Assembly (NCBI RefSeq): GCF_009834535.1
Contig: NC_045698.1
Location: 15,564,001-15,628,000, forward strand
Direction: 5' to 3'
Source of the DNA: Camelus ferus
Lineage: Eukaryota
DNA length: 64,000 bases
A program made the position numbers and the translations under genes. The notes under the pieces were generated by a model. The model saw nothing but the letters and a program-made list of their open reading frames with translations. It was not told where the DNA came from and did not search any database. Shown here piece after piece: positions 25,939 to 38,569 of the stretch. Positions within the stretch are counted from its first letter, which is position 1. Each line of letters opens with the position of its first letter.

Positions 25939-26000
25939 CTTTAGGGAGGGAGAGAGACAGAGAAAGAGAAAGAGAGAGACAGAGAAACACCATTACAGGG
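25939..26000 (-). promoter_or_regulatory. 3' splice site: (CT)-rich polypyrimidine tract and candidate branch point
   Basis: Minus strand reads ..CTGTAATGGTGTTTCTCTGTCTCTCTCTTTCTCTTTCTCTGTCTCTCTCCCTCCCTAAAG|CTC. There is no other AG for about 85 nt upstream. Confidence 0.8.
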
Positions 26001-26938
26001 ATGATCCCACATTTAAAAGCCATACCTGCAATATATTTTTTTTATCAGAGAAGTTAAAGAAAAAACTTACGGTTCCTTTTTTCTTTTTTTTTTTCATCAA
26101 CTTTTTGATTATAAACATTTTAAACAAACAAAAAAGTTGAAAAAAATGTGTGGTGCACACCAATAAATTACCTATACATTTCAGAGACTCCACCATTTAT
26201 CTTTGAATTGCATAGATAGATCACATACCTATTCTTTCATTTTTCTGTCAATCCATCTTATTTCTCGATGCATTACAGAGATCAGAAGTGCAGCCCCCAA
26301 ATACATCAAAATGCAAAAATACAATTATTTTGACCCTTTGTGCTTACTTCTTTTATATACTTTGGGGGATAAAATTTTCATACAATGAAATGCACAACTC
26401 AAGTATATTTACTATTTACTGTTTCATTTTAAATAATTGTTGTAATAGAAATAAATTAGTTCATAAATATTAAATCATACTCCTTCCAAATATGCTGAAG
26501 ATAAAAATCAATGATGTGAATCCAGTGAGAGTTAAGGTAAAAAAAAAAAAAAACAACTCAGAAAACATTGAGCTTTTTCACTTGAAAAGAGAGGAGAGTT
26601 TTGGGATACCAGGATGGTTTCGGGTAGGTATGGTAACTATCTCAGTTTAACAAACTGACTCTCAATGAATTATTCAATATTACTCAGTTAAATGATGGGT
26701 AGAATCACTGATTATCCTTTCACAGTCACAGAGAAATGGCTAGTTCTAATTCATTCTATATATTTGAAACCTGTGTATATATATAAATAGGTTATAAATA
26801 TATTATGTATAGAAAAGTTTTGAATTTCTGCTATTTCTTTTGAAATTCAACAAATGTATAATTCACTGTAATACAGCATGGAATAAGATACACAGAAATA
26901 TCATAAGAGAGAGGCCCAAAAAGAAAAGAAATTATCAT

Positions 26939-27053
26939 ATGAAAATGAATATATGTCTGTATATGCATGACTGGGACATTGTGCTGTACACCAGAGACTG
27001 ACACATTGTAATTGACTATACTTCAATTAAAAAATAAAATTAAATATTAAAAA
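26939..27053 (+). mobile_element. Young, heavily 5'-truncated L1 3' end
   Basis: ..atatgcatgactgggacattgtgctgtacaccagagactgacacattgtaattgactatacttcaattaaaaaa + A-rich tail. Flanks AAATTATCAT / AAGTTATCAT are TSD-like. Confidence 0.8.
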
Positions 27054-30000
27054 AAATAAGTTATCATTGTGAAACTGTAATTCAGTGTTTTTCAAACTGG
27101 AGTCCAAGAATTAATGTAAGATAGACATAGTCTTGGAGATCTATAAATTATCCAAGAATAAATATATATATACATAGTATTATATGATATAAATAGCTCA
27201 TTATACATAGTTATCCCGAAACATGTATACTACTATATATATCTTATATGTAATATAAATTTGTATTCTATTTAAATTATAGAGAGTAAATGTTCTTATA
27301 AATAATACATTTTTCATCCAGATGCTGCTTTAAAATGTTTTAAACCATTCTCACTCATTTAGATACAGCCATCTGATTTCAATGTCCAAGTTTTTATTTT
27401 TAAAAGCTCATTCCAGTTAACAGATTGGCTAAAGTGAAAATGTTAAGCTTTTAAATTTTTAAATTTTTTTTTATGTTTCAACACAACCACAAAGCTTTAA
27501 AAATATTTCACATTATATAAATGTCCTTTTCAAGTAGGCTTTCTGTGTGTTAGTATTAATATCACGATACAAATACAGAAGCTCAGCTGTGGCTCCATCT
27601 TTGCTCTTAAACTCAACATTCTGCTTCAGGGTCAGTCAAATAACATCATCCCTCATATTAATGTCATCAAAATGAACTTATTCATTTTGTGAATTTGTAT
27701 TTACTTCAAAATGTCTCTGAAAGTGTGTTTGTATAAAAGTGTGAGCGAAGGATTTAAACTGGGTAAATGATCTAATTTAAACAATGAGAAAACCATAAGG
27801 GAGCACCAGGTTTTGATTTTTTTTTTTTTACAAATGTCTATGTATTTTACTCCAGTCTAAGGCAAATTGCTATGAATGGCAGGAGGAAGTGTTTTTCCTC
27901 CTAATTTTTTATAAACTGCTATGAAGCATAGGAAGATTCAAGCGGAAAATCAAGCTGTCGATAAATGTTCTTTGAACTTAGGAATTTCAAATTACAAATT
28001 TCATCCGTACTATTAAACATAGTCAGCACAGTGGGCACTGCTTTTACTTTCAAATTTATCTAAAGATAGAAGACAGGCAAGCCCAATGCAAAAGCAATGA
28101 CTTCATAAACTGGCTCCATTTTGCCAGCGGCTCCAAAAGAGCAAGTGGTGACATTGTGGGAAGCAAGAGAAAATTCTAAGTAGGTTTTCACAATGGGATC
28201 CAAGTCGAGTTACCAAAAAAATCTTCATTTAGCTAAAATCAGCTCTGTTTTCAAATGAACGTAAGAATGAAAAAGCCAATGTGTTTTTGGCTCTATTCAA
28301 AATCCAAGTTAAATTCAGTTCTTGCTACTCCTTACAGTTCCACCTTTTCCTCCTCATTTAAAGCTGGGTTTTGCAGAGATTAAAGCTTCAGAAAAAATAT
28401 GTACAATACGTTAAATTTTTGAGCTGAAAATGAAATTGAAGAATGTAAAATTCTTGAGAGGATTAGAATTGTTACTGCACTTTGTTGCACGGCAATACCT
28501 TAAAGATGATCACGGGCAACAGTCAGCATTGACGGGCAATGTTTAAAATTATTTATTCAGTATTGATGAATCCAGCACACGGGTGACTAGCTAAAAGTAT
28601 AGGTATTTTCCCAACGTCAATTCTAATATTAAATAAATGATGTTGGCCAGATGTTTGGTACTGTAGAATTTTCTTTGTATCACATATGAAATAATTTGAA
28701 TAGAGAGTGTTACGAACTAACATGAAAATCCTCATCATTCCCTTACCAAGAGATAACTTCTTTTATCATTTTATATACTTTCCATTATATACATACACAC
28801 ATATATTCATATGTAGGTATATACATATCTGAAAGAGTATATACATAAATATATGTGTATATGCTTTTATCTTTATGTATAACATTCTTTGATCATAATT
28901 ACATATACACATGATATAAAAATAAGAAATGAGTCCACATTTTCAATAACAATATGCCATAATCATTTTTCAGTGTAATTTGAGATTCTTCAGAATTATT
29001 TTCTAATATCTACATTCTATTCATTCAAGGAAGTTGAATGATTCAATGGGTTTCATTTATCCTTTCATAAATGATGTGATGAATGTGTTTGTTCTCCTGC
29101 TTAATTCCTTAAAAGAAAAGGGTAGTTATCAAGTCCAAAATATGGTAATTTTTATTAAGTAAGAAATTTTGAATCATGAATGATTTTAGAACTTGACAAA
29201 ATCGGTTTCTTAAACCTTTCAGCAATGCAACTCAGGCTCAGCTTACGTTCTGAAGCTATTTAGTCCCTTTTGCATAAAGAAGGAGGGAGGATTACAGAAG
29301 GAGCGACATGCTTAGCTTCACCTTTGGGTTGTGTTAACTACAGAAATCAGATAACACCACTTAACACAGGGGCTTTCAGCCACACTGACAGCAAACGAAT
29401 ACTTCCACGAGGATAAAATTATTTTCCTTTATAGCACTTTAAAAATAACAGCAAGAAATGTTTCTTATTCCAATTATTATTTTTTTTTAAAAGCTGTTTC
29501 TGAGTAGGTGCTGACTGTATTTACTGACTGAAGCAGCCAGCTCCAATAATATCATCTTTCAGTGTTGACACTTAAAATAAAATTTCTCCCAGAAACAGAG
29601 TCCCATAAATGGTGGCTATAGAAATGTGCACTGTCCAGGCAGTTGTTTTGTAGGAGGGCTGTTGTCATTTTGTGATGTTTTCCAAGTCATCTCAGATGGA
29701 GCGTGGAAATGAGACGCCAAGAGAAGCTTAAAAAAGATAGTGAGGACGAGCTTCCGAGTGTAAGTGAATCTGAATGTCAGGGCCCAAAAGTTTTGAGAAA
29801 GCTAATCTAAAGTTAAGTGTTTACTAGCATCTCTCTGAGTATATTTTAGAAACGGCTGCACACAAAAAAAGAAATTTGTTCTTATTTTCTCTGGGTTGAA
29901 AAGTGCACATAAAATGGAAAATGCTTTTTATATCTCTATATCCAGCAGTGGTTTTATTTCCATTCGCTATTTGCCAGAATAAGGGGTGGTTACGAGGCAT

Positions 30001-30768
30001 GAGGAAAGCATGGAGTATGCTGGGAGGTGAACTGTCTGATTTTCGAAAAGGTAAGTTTTTGCCGGAAAATCAAAAACTGTGTTCAACAAATACTTGATTT
30101 GGTGCATTTACCTGCAAATTACTAATCATGTGTCTATAGGTATTATGGTACACAACAGATTGTTTTATAATCTGCTTTTTAGATGGATTATATTATAAAC
30201 AATTTGCTGTATGAATACATATGAATTTATTGAATCTGCTCAAGTTAATCACAAGTATTTCCATCAAAGTAATACATTGAAATGGCTAAAATCAGAGTAT
30301 GGAAAAGCTTGTGACACTCAATTTTACCCTCCTTTTTTCAGTCTCGTTCACCAGGACAATTCACTTTTTAACAGTTTCTGTTGCATTCTTACTAAAAAAA
30401 CACAAAAGTGAATATTTGTTAAATGAATAAGTGTTATAATAGTATTTCTTTATCAATTTATCAATTTATATAATCCCTGTTGACTTTCAAACCCCAGGCC
30501 ACCTTTTTCCGATAGAGTTGTTATATCATCTCTTCTACTTGTTATTAATGAAGCTCTGGTCTAAATAGTGTATGTGTATCTCTGTTTCTGAATTCAGCCA
30601 CAGAATATAACTGTGATTCTCCATTTTCTAATATTATAGCATTAACACATTTATATCCCCTTATAACTCCTTCCCCATCTCACCCTCAGGTTCCACACAT
30701 TCCGCTATCTGTATTATACAGAATTAGGCCCAAAGATTTGTCAGTTTGTTCTCTTTTTAAAAGTAAAC

Positions 30769-31242
30769 TATGGTGGTTAATTTTATGTCTTAACTAGACT
30801 GGCTCATAGGATGCTCAAACTTTGGTCAAAGACTATTCTTGGATCAGTGAGAATGGTCCTGGATGAGAATACCGCTTGAATCAAATAGACTATATAAAGT
30901 AGATAGTTGTCCCTTATGTGTGGGTCCCATGCAATCAACTGAAGACCTGAAAAGAACAGACAAGCTGACCCTTCCTTGAGTGAGAGGGGATGCCTCCTTC
31001 CTGGGTGTCTTAAAGCTGGTATGTTGGTTTTTATCCTGCCTTCAGACTTGAACTGAACCATCAGCTCTGAGTCTTGAGTCTGTGGCTTTTGCAATGGAAC
31101 AACAGCGTATGCTCTCCAGGTCTTCAGCCTGCTGGCTGCAAATGTTGGGACTTAGACTCCATAATTTTTCAAGCCAATTTCTGATAATAAATCAATATAT
31201 ATATCCTACTGGCTGTTTCTCTGGAAAACCCTGATAAATGCA
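30769..31242 (+). mobile_element. ERVL solo LTR, MLT2B-like
   Basis: tatggtggttaattttatgt.. to ..ctgtttctctggaaaaccctgataaatgca. Perfect 5-bp TSD TAAAC (30764-30768, 31243-31247). Confidence 0.9.
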
Positions 31243-31249
31243 TAAACCT

Positions 31250-32461
31250 TCAAACGCTTGTCTATCAGTTAATGCCAAAGCATAAAGCCAAACAAAAAAC
31301 TAACAGTCTTTTGATCATTATAGTATTCATATTTTTGTTCCATAGCCAGATAACCTACAATGCCTATATGATTACTATATTTTCATTTTGCATATGGAGT
31401 TTCCTTGAGATCTTTTTCATACCTTTACGCTTACCCCATTTATCAGGACCAATCCCAAATCTCCTTTTTACAACATAACTCCTTCAGGGGGCCCTCTATC
31501 TACTCCAAACTAGGGCATTTGCATAATTTCCAACCTGGCATTTTTCCTTATTAATCTCCTGGCTTGAAACACTATTTCCTGGATTTTACATTTTCTTTCA
31601 TGTTAGTTTACTAATTTGTTTTTTGCCACCAATCTCCCATAACTTCCTGAGAGTGTGTCTGTAAGAGGCAAGTTACTTAAGTCTTCACATGTCAGAAATG
31701 CCTTTTTTTTTTACCTTCATAGTTACTTAATTATTGTCTGGGCGTACAGTTCTAGATTGGAAATATTATCCCTTCACACATTTAAAGGGATTGATCCATT
31801 GTCTTCTGTAAACCAAAGGTAAAACTTATGTCTGTCTGATAATATTTCCATTGCAGGTAAAGAAACTGTTTTTTCTCTTCCTTTTTATTTTCCTCTAAAA
31901 TGTTTTCAATCTTATTTTTATTTTGGTATTCTAATTATTTAGAACACTGTCTGCCTCATCTCCAAGTGTGGACTTGTGTGTGCTTGTCCTTTAAACATTG
32001 TCTCCAATGTGAGTTGGTACTGTTGTGTTTTATTGCATTGGGTACGTAGTCACCTCTTTCAATTCAAAAACTGTTTCCTTCAGCACTGAGAAATTCCCTT
32101 CTATGATTATTTCAATGATTATGTTCTATCCTCTGTTTTTTGTTGTTGTTGTTATATATCTGGAATTCATACATTTAATGTTAGACCTCATGTACCTTCT
32201 ATAAATAATATAATTTTTCTACAATTATTAATTTCTATATCACTTGGTCTATTTTGTGAAAAAATTAAAATTTATCTTACAATTATTATTGATTATTTTC
32301 TTCATTTTCAAAGCTAATAAAGATATATCCATGTGTGCACACACATATACCACAACATATTAATTTCCAAGATTTCTTTCCTTTTCTATTAATATTCCCT
32401 TTTAATGGAATCATGCTCTTATTTTGCAGACACTAGGAATTCTTGGATCTTTCTGAGGACT

Positions 32462-32512
<51 letters not shown>

Positions 32513-33330
32513 CCTAAATGATCTGCTCCTTCAAGATTACTTTCCTGTTTTTGGAATTTGAGTCTTTGTCTTTTATATTGCTGGCCTTCCTCAAGTATCT
32601 GATGACCTTCAGTAGTCTGTTCATATCTAAAGATGGAGTTTTGAACTTGCAGGTTGAATTTATTGATTACAGTTTTGTCCTAGGATGAATGGAAAGAAAA
32701 ATCGATCATTCCTTTTAATTTCAGATATTTGACTGAGTACATTCTAACCACAATCGAGTTCTACTGCCGCCTCATTTCTTTCAGATTCTTTACAGAAATT
32801 TAAAAAAGAATTTTTTTAGTGTTTATATTCTGCTCATTTACACCTGGATTCCATGCATTACCATGCAGGTAGGAGAAATTCCTACACAGACTCAGTTGAT
32901 CTCTGTTTCACCCTGCATGTCTTTTTCCTTTTCTCTTAATCAGCATTTTTGAGTCTTTTTCAGAGTTGTCCCTCCTTAGCTAGAGCCCTTTAAATATAAA
33001 CACATGTAGCTTTTCTGAACTTGTTTGACCAGGCACCAATCCTTAACCCACTTACTAGTTTGCAGAAATTGGCTAAACTGTCTGAAGCCCTCCACGCCAT
33101 CCCGATCAGGGTTATAGCTACCATGATCCAACAACCAGCCAGATTCAAATTTCTCCTCTTGTTTCTCCAAATGTTTTTTTTTTTTTCAGTTCTTTCTTTA
33201 TTTTTTTTTGAACATAGATCCAAGCAAGTTGAATCATTGTATTTGGATTTTGTGTATTTATTTTCTTTACATTTAAAAGGATCATGCATGTTAATATTTT
33301 CTTATCTGCTTGTCATCATCTTATTTTCAG
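31250..33330 (-). mobile_element. HAL1/L1ME-type ORF1-region fragment (probably extends left of the MLT2 to ~30450)
   Basis: ..ctgggcgtacagttctagattggaaatattatcccttcacacatttaaagggattgatccattgtcttctg.. is the reversed ORF1 C-terminal region. Confidence 0.6.
32465..32508. repeat. (GT)22 microsatellite
   Basis: Perfect dinucleotide run. Confidence 0.97.
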
Positions 33331-33350
33331 GGAACTAGGCCCCCATTCTG

Positions 33351-33392
33351 AATGCATGTATCTGCTAGAACAATGCATGTATCTGCTAGAAC
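33351..33392. repeat. Perfect 21-bp tandem duplication AATGCATGTATCTGCTAGAAC x2
   Basis: Read directly. Confidence 0.95.
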
Positions 33393-35599
33393 AAGAAACT
33401 TCCTGATGTGATTTTAAGTCTTTAATATTCTGTCTTAGAACATCTCTTCTTCAGTTTTTAAGTATCTATGAGCCAATGTGGTACCATGACAGTGTGCCCT
33501 ACTTAATACTGAGATCCTTGTAACACAAATTACAGACATCTTCTGCCAACTTACTCTATAAACACATTCAACGTAAGGGAAAGGTTCCTTGTACAGGATG
33601 GGCCTCAGTAAATTTTGGGGTAATGACAGCATGTAAGTGGAAATACTCATTTCCAGTTTTCAAATCAATGACTACGAAGGCTGTGGAATGGTTTAATACC
33701 ATGATCCAGCAGTTAGTGAATGAGATAATGCAGTAAAACTACAGCTTTTATTTATATACAGGATTTATTCAGATAAACTGGCCAAAATGAGTATGAGAAG
33801 GTTCTATGTGAATTTCTTTGGCTGAGATAATTTCACTATGTACAGAACAAACTAAATTTGCTACATTCCCCCTGGTGAACTTAAAATACTTAGTCTTTCT
33901 TCTTTTGCAGTTGCTTAATTCTCAGGAACATCATAGCAGCCATTGTATTGGCGACAAAGTGATTAGATTATGTTCAAGGCTTTGTTTATTGTCAAAAGCA
34001 GACCAGACACAGAGATTATCTGTGACTCTGCCTGAGTAATGTCATCATGCAAAATTTCTCTCTTTTGGAAGCCACTGAATGCCCAAGGATATTTGACATT
34101 CTATTCCATTCTCCTCCCTAAGGGGACTCATTTGTTCTTTCTACCTTGATTGTTGTCATTTGAGCAAGAGGAATACCACTTTGCCAGGCTGGGAATTCCC
34201 TCTAACAGCCCAATTTGAGTTGAGAACTCCCCTGCCTGTGTTACAGACCCAGCGTTATTTATCATCTGGAAATATTTCAGCTTCTGTTTAAGAGAGGAGA
34301 AATCCATTTCAAAAAGGCCCACACCTCCTCCGAGTTATGCCAAGGAAGAGCAGAGAACAAAGACCATTTGCAATGCTTGGGAGCAACAAAGCTGATGTGC
34401 TTGGATATATTACACATCCCTTGAAAGAAAAAGTATATACTATTCACCCAACATTCTCTTTCATCTTTCTTTTCTCCTTGAATATGGCATATGTGGTTAC
34501 ATGTGAGGGGCATCCTAACTATTTTCTCAGATTGTCATATTTTACAACTGTAGCTCATCCAGATTACATTATATCATTTGAGAGTGTCATAGTATATTAA
34601 TAGGTACTTCGGTAAAAGTTTGAGAGGTCATTGGCATGGTGCCTGGATTTGGGAGGAAAAATATGGGAGGAGAAGGTTAAAATAATTTCTTTCCTACATT
34701 TCCAAAGCTGTAAAACATTCTTCACAAAGCCAGGTCTTAGGTAACAAAACATTCCCAGACAATAAACTATTTTTATCAAATTGTCAGCAAGAGAATCTCT
34801 ACTTGGAATAAAAGTGAATTTTATATATGATTTCAAATGTGGTTATTTTTCAGAATACTAGAGAGATTTGTATGATTTATTCTAGATTCAAAATAAATAC
34901 CAAAAATAATGCCAATCTAATGAATTATTAATAGTGATATATTATTATAGCTAGATATCATTTATTAATTTATTACTATTCTGTCTCTGTGTTATTACTT
35001 TTATCATTAGCACATACTGAATATCAGGCACTGTGTTACATGTTTAATAAGCTTTATTTAGTTCTCAAAATAATCAATGATATGCTAATATTATAAGTCT
35101 GATAGATAAAAAGTTTAAACTAAATTCTAATAGTTCAACAGTTAAAATTTAATTTTCAAAAACTGTATGGTCTACCCTAACTTCTTAATAAATGCATTTA
35201 ATAACTCTAATAAAGCAGACAGACCCAAATCTTAATTCTAATATAAAACATGGAATGATCTAAAATCCATGATCATGAGCATCAAACAATTGGGGTTAGA
35301 ATCTCAAACCCATTAGTTCTTACTGGATGTTACTGTATAAGTTAAACAATGTCTTTACACTTCAGAGTCCTCATATATAAAATGTGGATTTTAATATTTA
35401 TGTCATAAAATTTGAAGGATATTGTAGAGAATTTAACTTCATAATATCCACTTCCCTTCATTTATCTCTACTGACATCCATATGAGCCCAGGATAGCAAT
35501 ATTTGTTTCCATTGATATCAATTTATATTTATAGGTACAAGAAAACTAATTGGATCCCAAATAATGATAGAAAACCCTATTAAGCTTCTATAATTTTCT

Positions 35600-35790
35600 A
35601 ATGGCTTTACATGCTTAAAGCCACTTTAATACTCAGAATAACCCCACGAGTACAATCCTACTATTATCACAAATACAGAAATCGAGGCACAGAGAGGTTA
35701 AGTTGGCTCAGGACACACACAAGGGAAGATACAAAGCTGACACTTCAATCAGGTAGTCTAACCTCATGTGACTAGCACTTAAACCAAAGC
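35600..35790 (-). mobile_element. MIR SINE
   Basis: ..tactattatcacaaatacagaaatcgaggcacagagaggttaagttggctcaggacacaca.. MIR core. Confidence 0.75.
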
Positions 35791-38009
35791 AGCTCTTTTA
35801 ATTTGGTGAATATAATGTCATTTTTCTTAACTTTCAAAACTGGGTCTCTGGAGAGGAAACACACACCCACATCCACCCACACACACACACATTGAATCTT
35901 TGGTCAGATAATTGGCTTACCCCAGATGCAAACTACCCAAGTAATAGTTTTGTGATTTCAGCTGGAATAAAACCTGATTGTATTATTATGGATGCATTAA
36001 TGAGAATGGATTCACTCAAATAAGGTTTGGACTGCCCGTTAGTGATTGCAGTAGGCACTAGAATAGAAGACATAACTTAAAGTATTTACTCTGAAGGACA
36101 CAGGTGTCCAGAGTCCAGTAGGGAACAATATGGGTCATAACAACCAAGATATTCATTCAAACCTATTCCTTTTTATAGTTTTGTGCCGCTCAAATCACTG
36201 TTTTCTATGAAAGTTTTGATAAGCATATACTATGTAATTAAAAAGCATGTCATTTGTGTTTTATTAAAACACAGGGTGGTGTTACATTTACAGTTAAGAA
36301 GAATCATCTCAATAACACACTGTGTCTATTATAGATTTGGAACCATGAATAGTCATCTAGGAAAAGGCAAACAATATTTATGTTGAAAAGAATACAGTTC
36401 ATTTTAATATCAATAAAACATTTCAATGAAAATTATTTTTCCTAAGGTTCTGCACATGTTTATACCATAATTTGCTTTGAAATATATATAATCTCATGAT
36501 ATTAAAGACAGAATGGAGTGACTCTATTTAATTAGAGACATAGCCATTAACATGTGTAGTTTCTTTGTTACAATGAACAAATCACCACACCTATAGACGT
36601 GTGCATGTGTGAGAGGATGTTTAGATGTCTGTGTACATGTTGTACACGAGAGAAAAAAGAGAAAGTATTTTTATGTTTTCAGGTGCATGCACATTTTTGG
36701 AAAATGAATAAGGGCCAAGTAGATACACATACTATAAAATATGCTTTTAAGAATACAATCTAAAATTACATTATCTGCTTCTTTTCAAGGGTGGTTTGAA
36801 GGTGACCCATTTTCTGTAGCATGTGTTACTGTGGGGATTACTTTATGTGTTAAAGCACAAAGCCACCTCATTGAAGTCTTTCATTTCCTTTCTTCACTTT
36901 ACTGTAACTACTTTAAATGGATTTTGAAAGTATAATATCACAAATGCAGGAAAAAAAATAAACCCAAGTACTTAAACAGGCTGCTTTCTTTGTACTGTGA
37001 GTCAAACTGTTTTATGGCAAATTTACTGTTAAGAATTCTTCTCTCTCAGTCTTATATCCTCTAACAGTATCATAAATATTATCTTATTTTCATGGATAAT
37101 TTATCCATTAAATGTTTTTTGTCCAAAAGTATAAAAATGAGTAATCTTAATGCTGAATTTCAATACATGAAAAGAGAAATAGAAACAGTTACCATTCTGT
37201 GTGAGAAATGTAGTAAGTTACATCTCGTTTCTAAGTACAGGTTAGTCATTTTTTTTATAAGCTCTCATTATAAACATATTAAGGAAAGAATCATTCTCAG
37301 GGTTCATTTATTTCCCACTAGGGCTAATAAGATTCCCCAGACCTCCAAAGAGATAATAGTTCCACTCTGACTTCAACTTTAAAAGGAAAAAAGGAAAGAA
37401 TTTAAAACGAGAAAAATGAATATAGCTTTCGCAGATTCTAGAATCTCAATTTTGACTGCTTTTAGCAAATACTCAGTATCGGATTCCTGAGTGCCATACA
37501 TTGATTTCAGCTTATTGCATTATTAATGGTCAAGGTTTTTTTTTAAAACAAGGAGTTTAGGATCGTAAAGGCAGATGCTTAATTTGACATTGATTGAGAC
37601 CAATAAGTAATGAATACATCTCTCAAAACTCAATTGCTTTTCAATTAATTCTTTGTTATTAAAATTACCTAATAATTCGTAGAATCCATGGAATCATGTG
37701 TGTGTATGTGTGTTTGTAGGACATTTTTCTAAAATGGATATAGAAATATCATAGACTGGATAGTTACACTATTTATAAGATTATAAAAATATTTTACTGA
37801 TCTTTCACTGCTTGTTACAATATTTTTCTCTTCATATATCATTGGTTGGTAATTAGGGTAAGTTATAGACAGAATTTCTGAGACTAACCAGGGTCTGATC
37901 ATACTTCACTGTATTATTTTAGATCATAAAAACTTATGCATGCTTAATACAGAACTGAATCCAAATCAAGCCTTAATTCTCAATTATGATTAAACTCCAA
38001 CATACATGG

Positions 38010-38569
38010 TGTGACTGGCAGGATTCTACCATGTTGTCCCAGATTCCTCTCCCCTTAGTGTACATACCCTGGGAAATCCTCAGGACTGAGAAGATTACGG
38101 ATTTAACCTTTAGGGTTAACTTATGTTGGGTGAGCCTGATCTAATTACATGTGATCTTGGAAAGCGGAAGGGTTTTGTCCTCGGTGTAGAAAAAGGAAGT
38201 CAGAGACACACGCTTCAGCTGGCTTGGAGAAAAACAAACACTCATCTTGAAAATTGCTAATACAAAGGGAGCTGAGGGCAGTCCCCACATCACTGTGAGC
38301 AGTATAAAGGGGACCTCAGTTCTACCAGAGCAAGGAAATAAATTCTGCTAATAGTCTGAATGAGCTTGAAAGAGTATTTTTTCCACAGACTCTCGAGAAA
38401 AAGTAACAGCCCTGCTGACAACTAGGTTTTAATCTTGTGAGACCCTGAGCAGAGAACCCAGTCATGCGATGCTGGATTTCTACCTACAGAACCGGGAGTT
38501 GATAAATAGGTATTATCTGAGGCTGCTAAGTTTGTGGGGATTTGTTATGCAGCAAAGAAAACTCAGACG
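38010..38569 (+). mobile_element. MaLR solo LTR, MLT1E-like
   Basis: ..ggggacctcagttctacc..caaggaaataaattctgctaa..ctgaatgagcttg..ttgtgagaccctgagcagagaacccag..gctgctaagtttgtggggatttgttatgcagcaa.. Confidence 0.85.

Noticed and set aside
26015..26045. Recursive splice site CAG|GTATGG upstream of the exon (also TAG|GTAAGA near 2750 and CAG|GTAAAT near 30110)
   Set aside because: None has a polypyrimidine tract upstream.
25838..26140. 100-aa plus-strand ORF overlapping the exon
   Set aside because: Antisense shadow of the coding exon plus simple repeats.
26560..26760. Possible CR1/L3 fragment
   Set aside because: Resemblance too weak to call without a search.
34180..34530. Very old MLT1-type LTR remnants (also ~38880-39160 and ~60250-60590)
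   Set aside because: Plausible but too degraded to define family or boundaries by eye.
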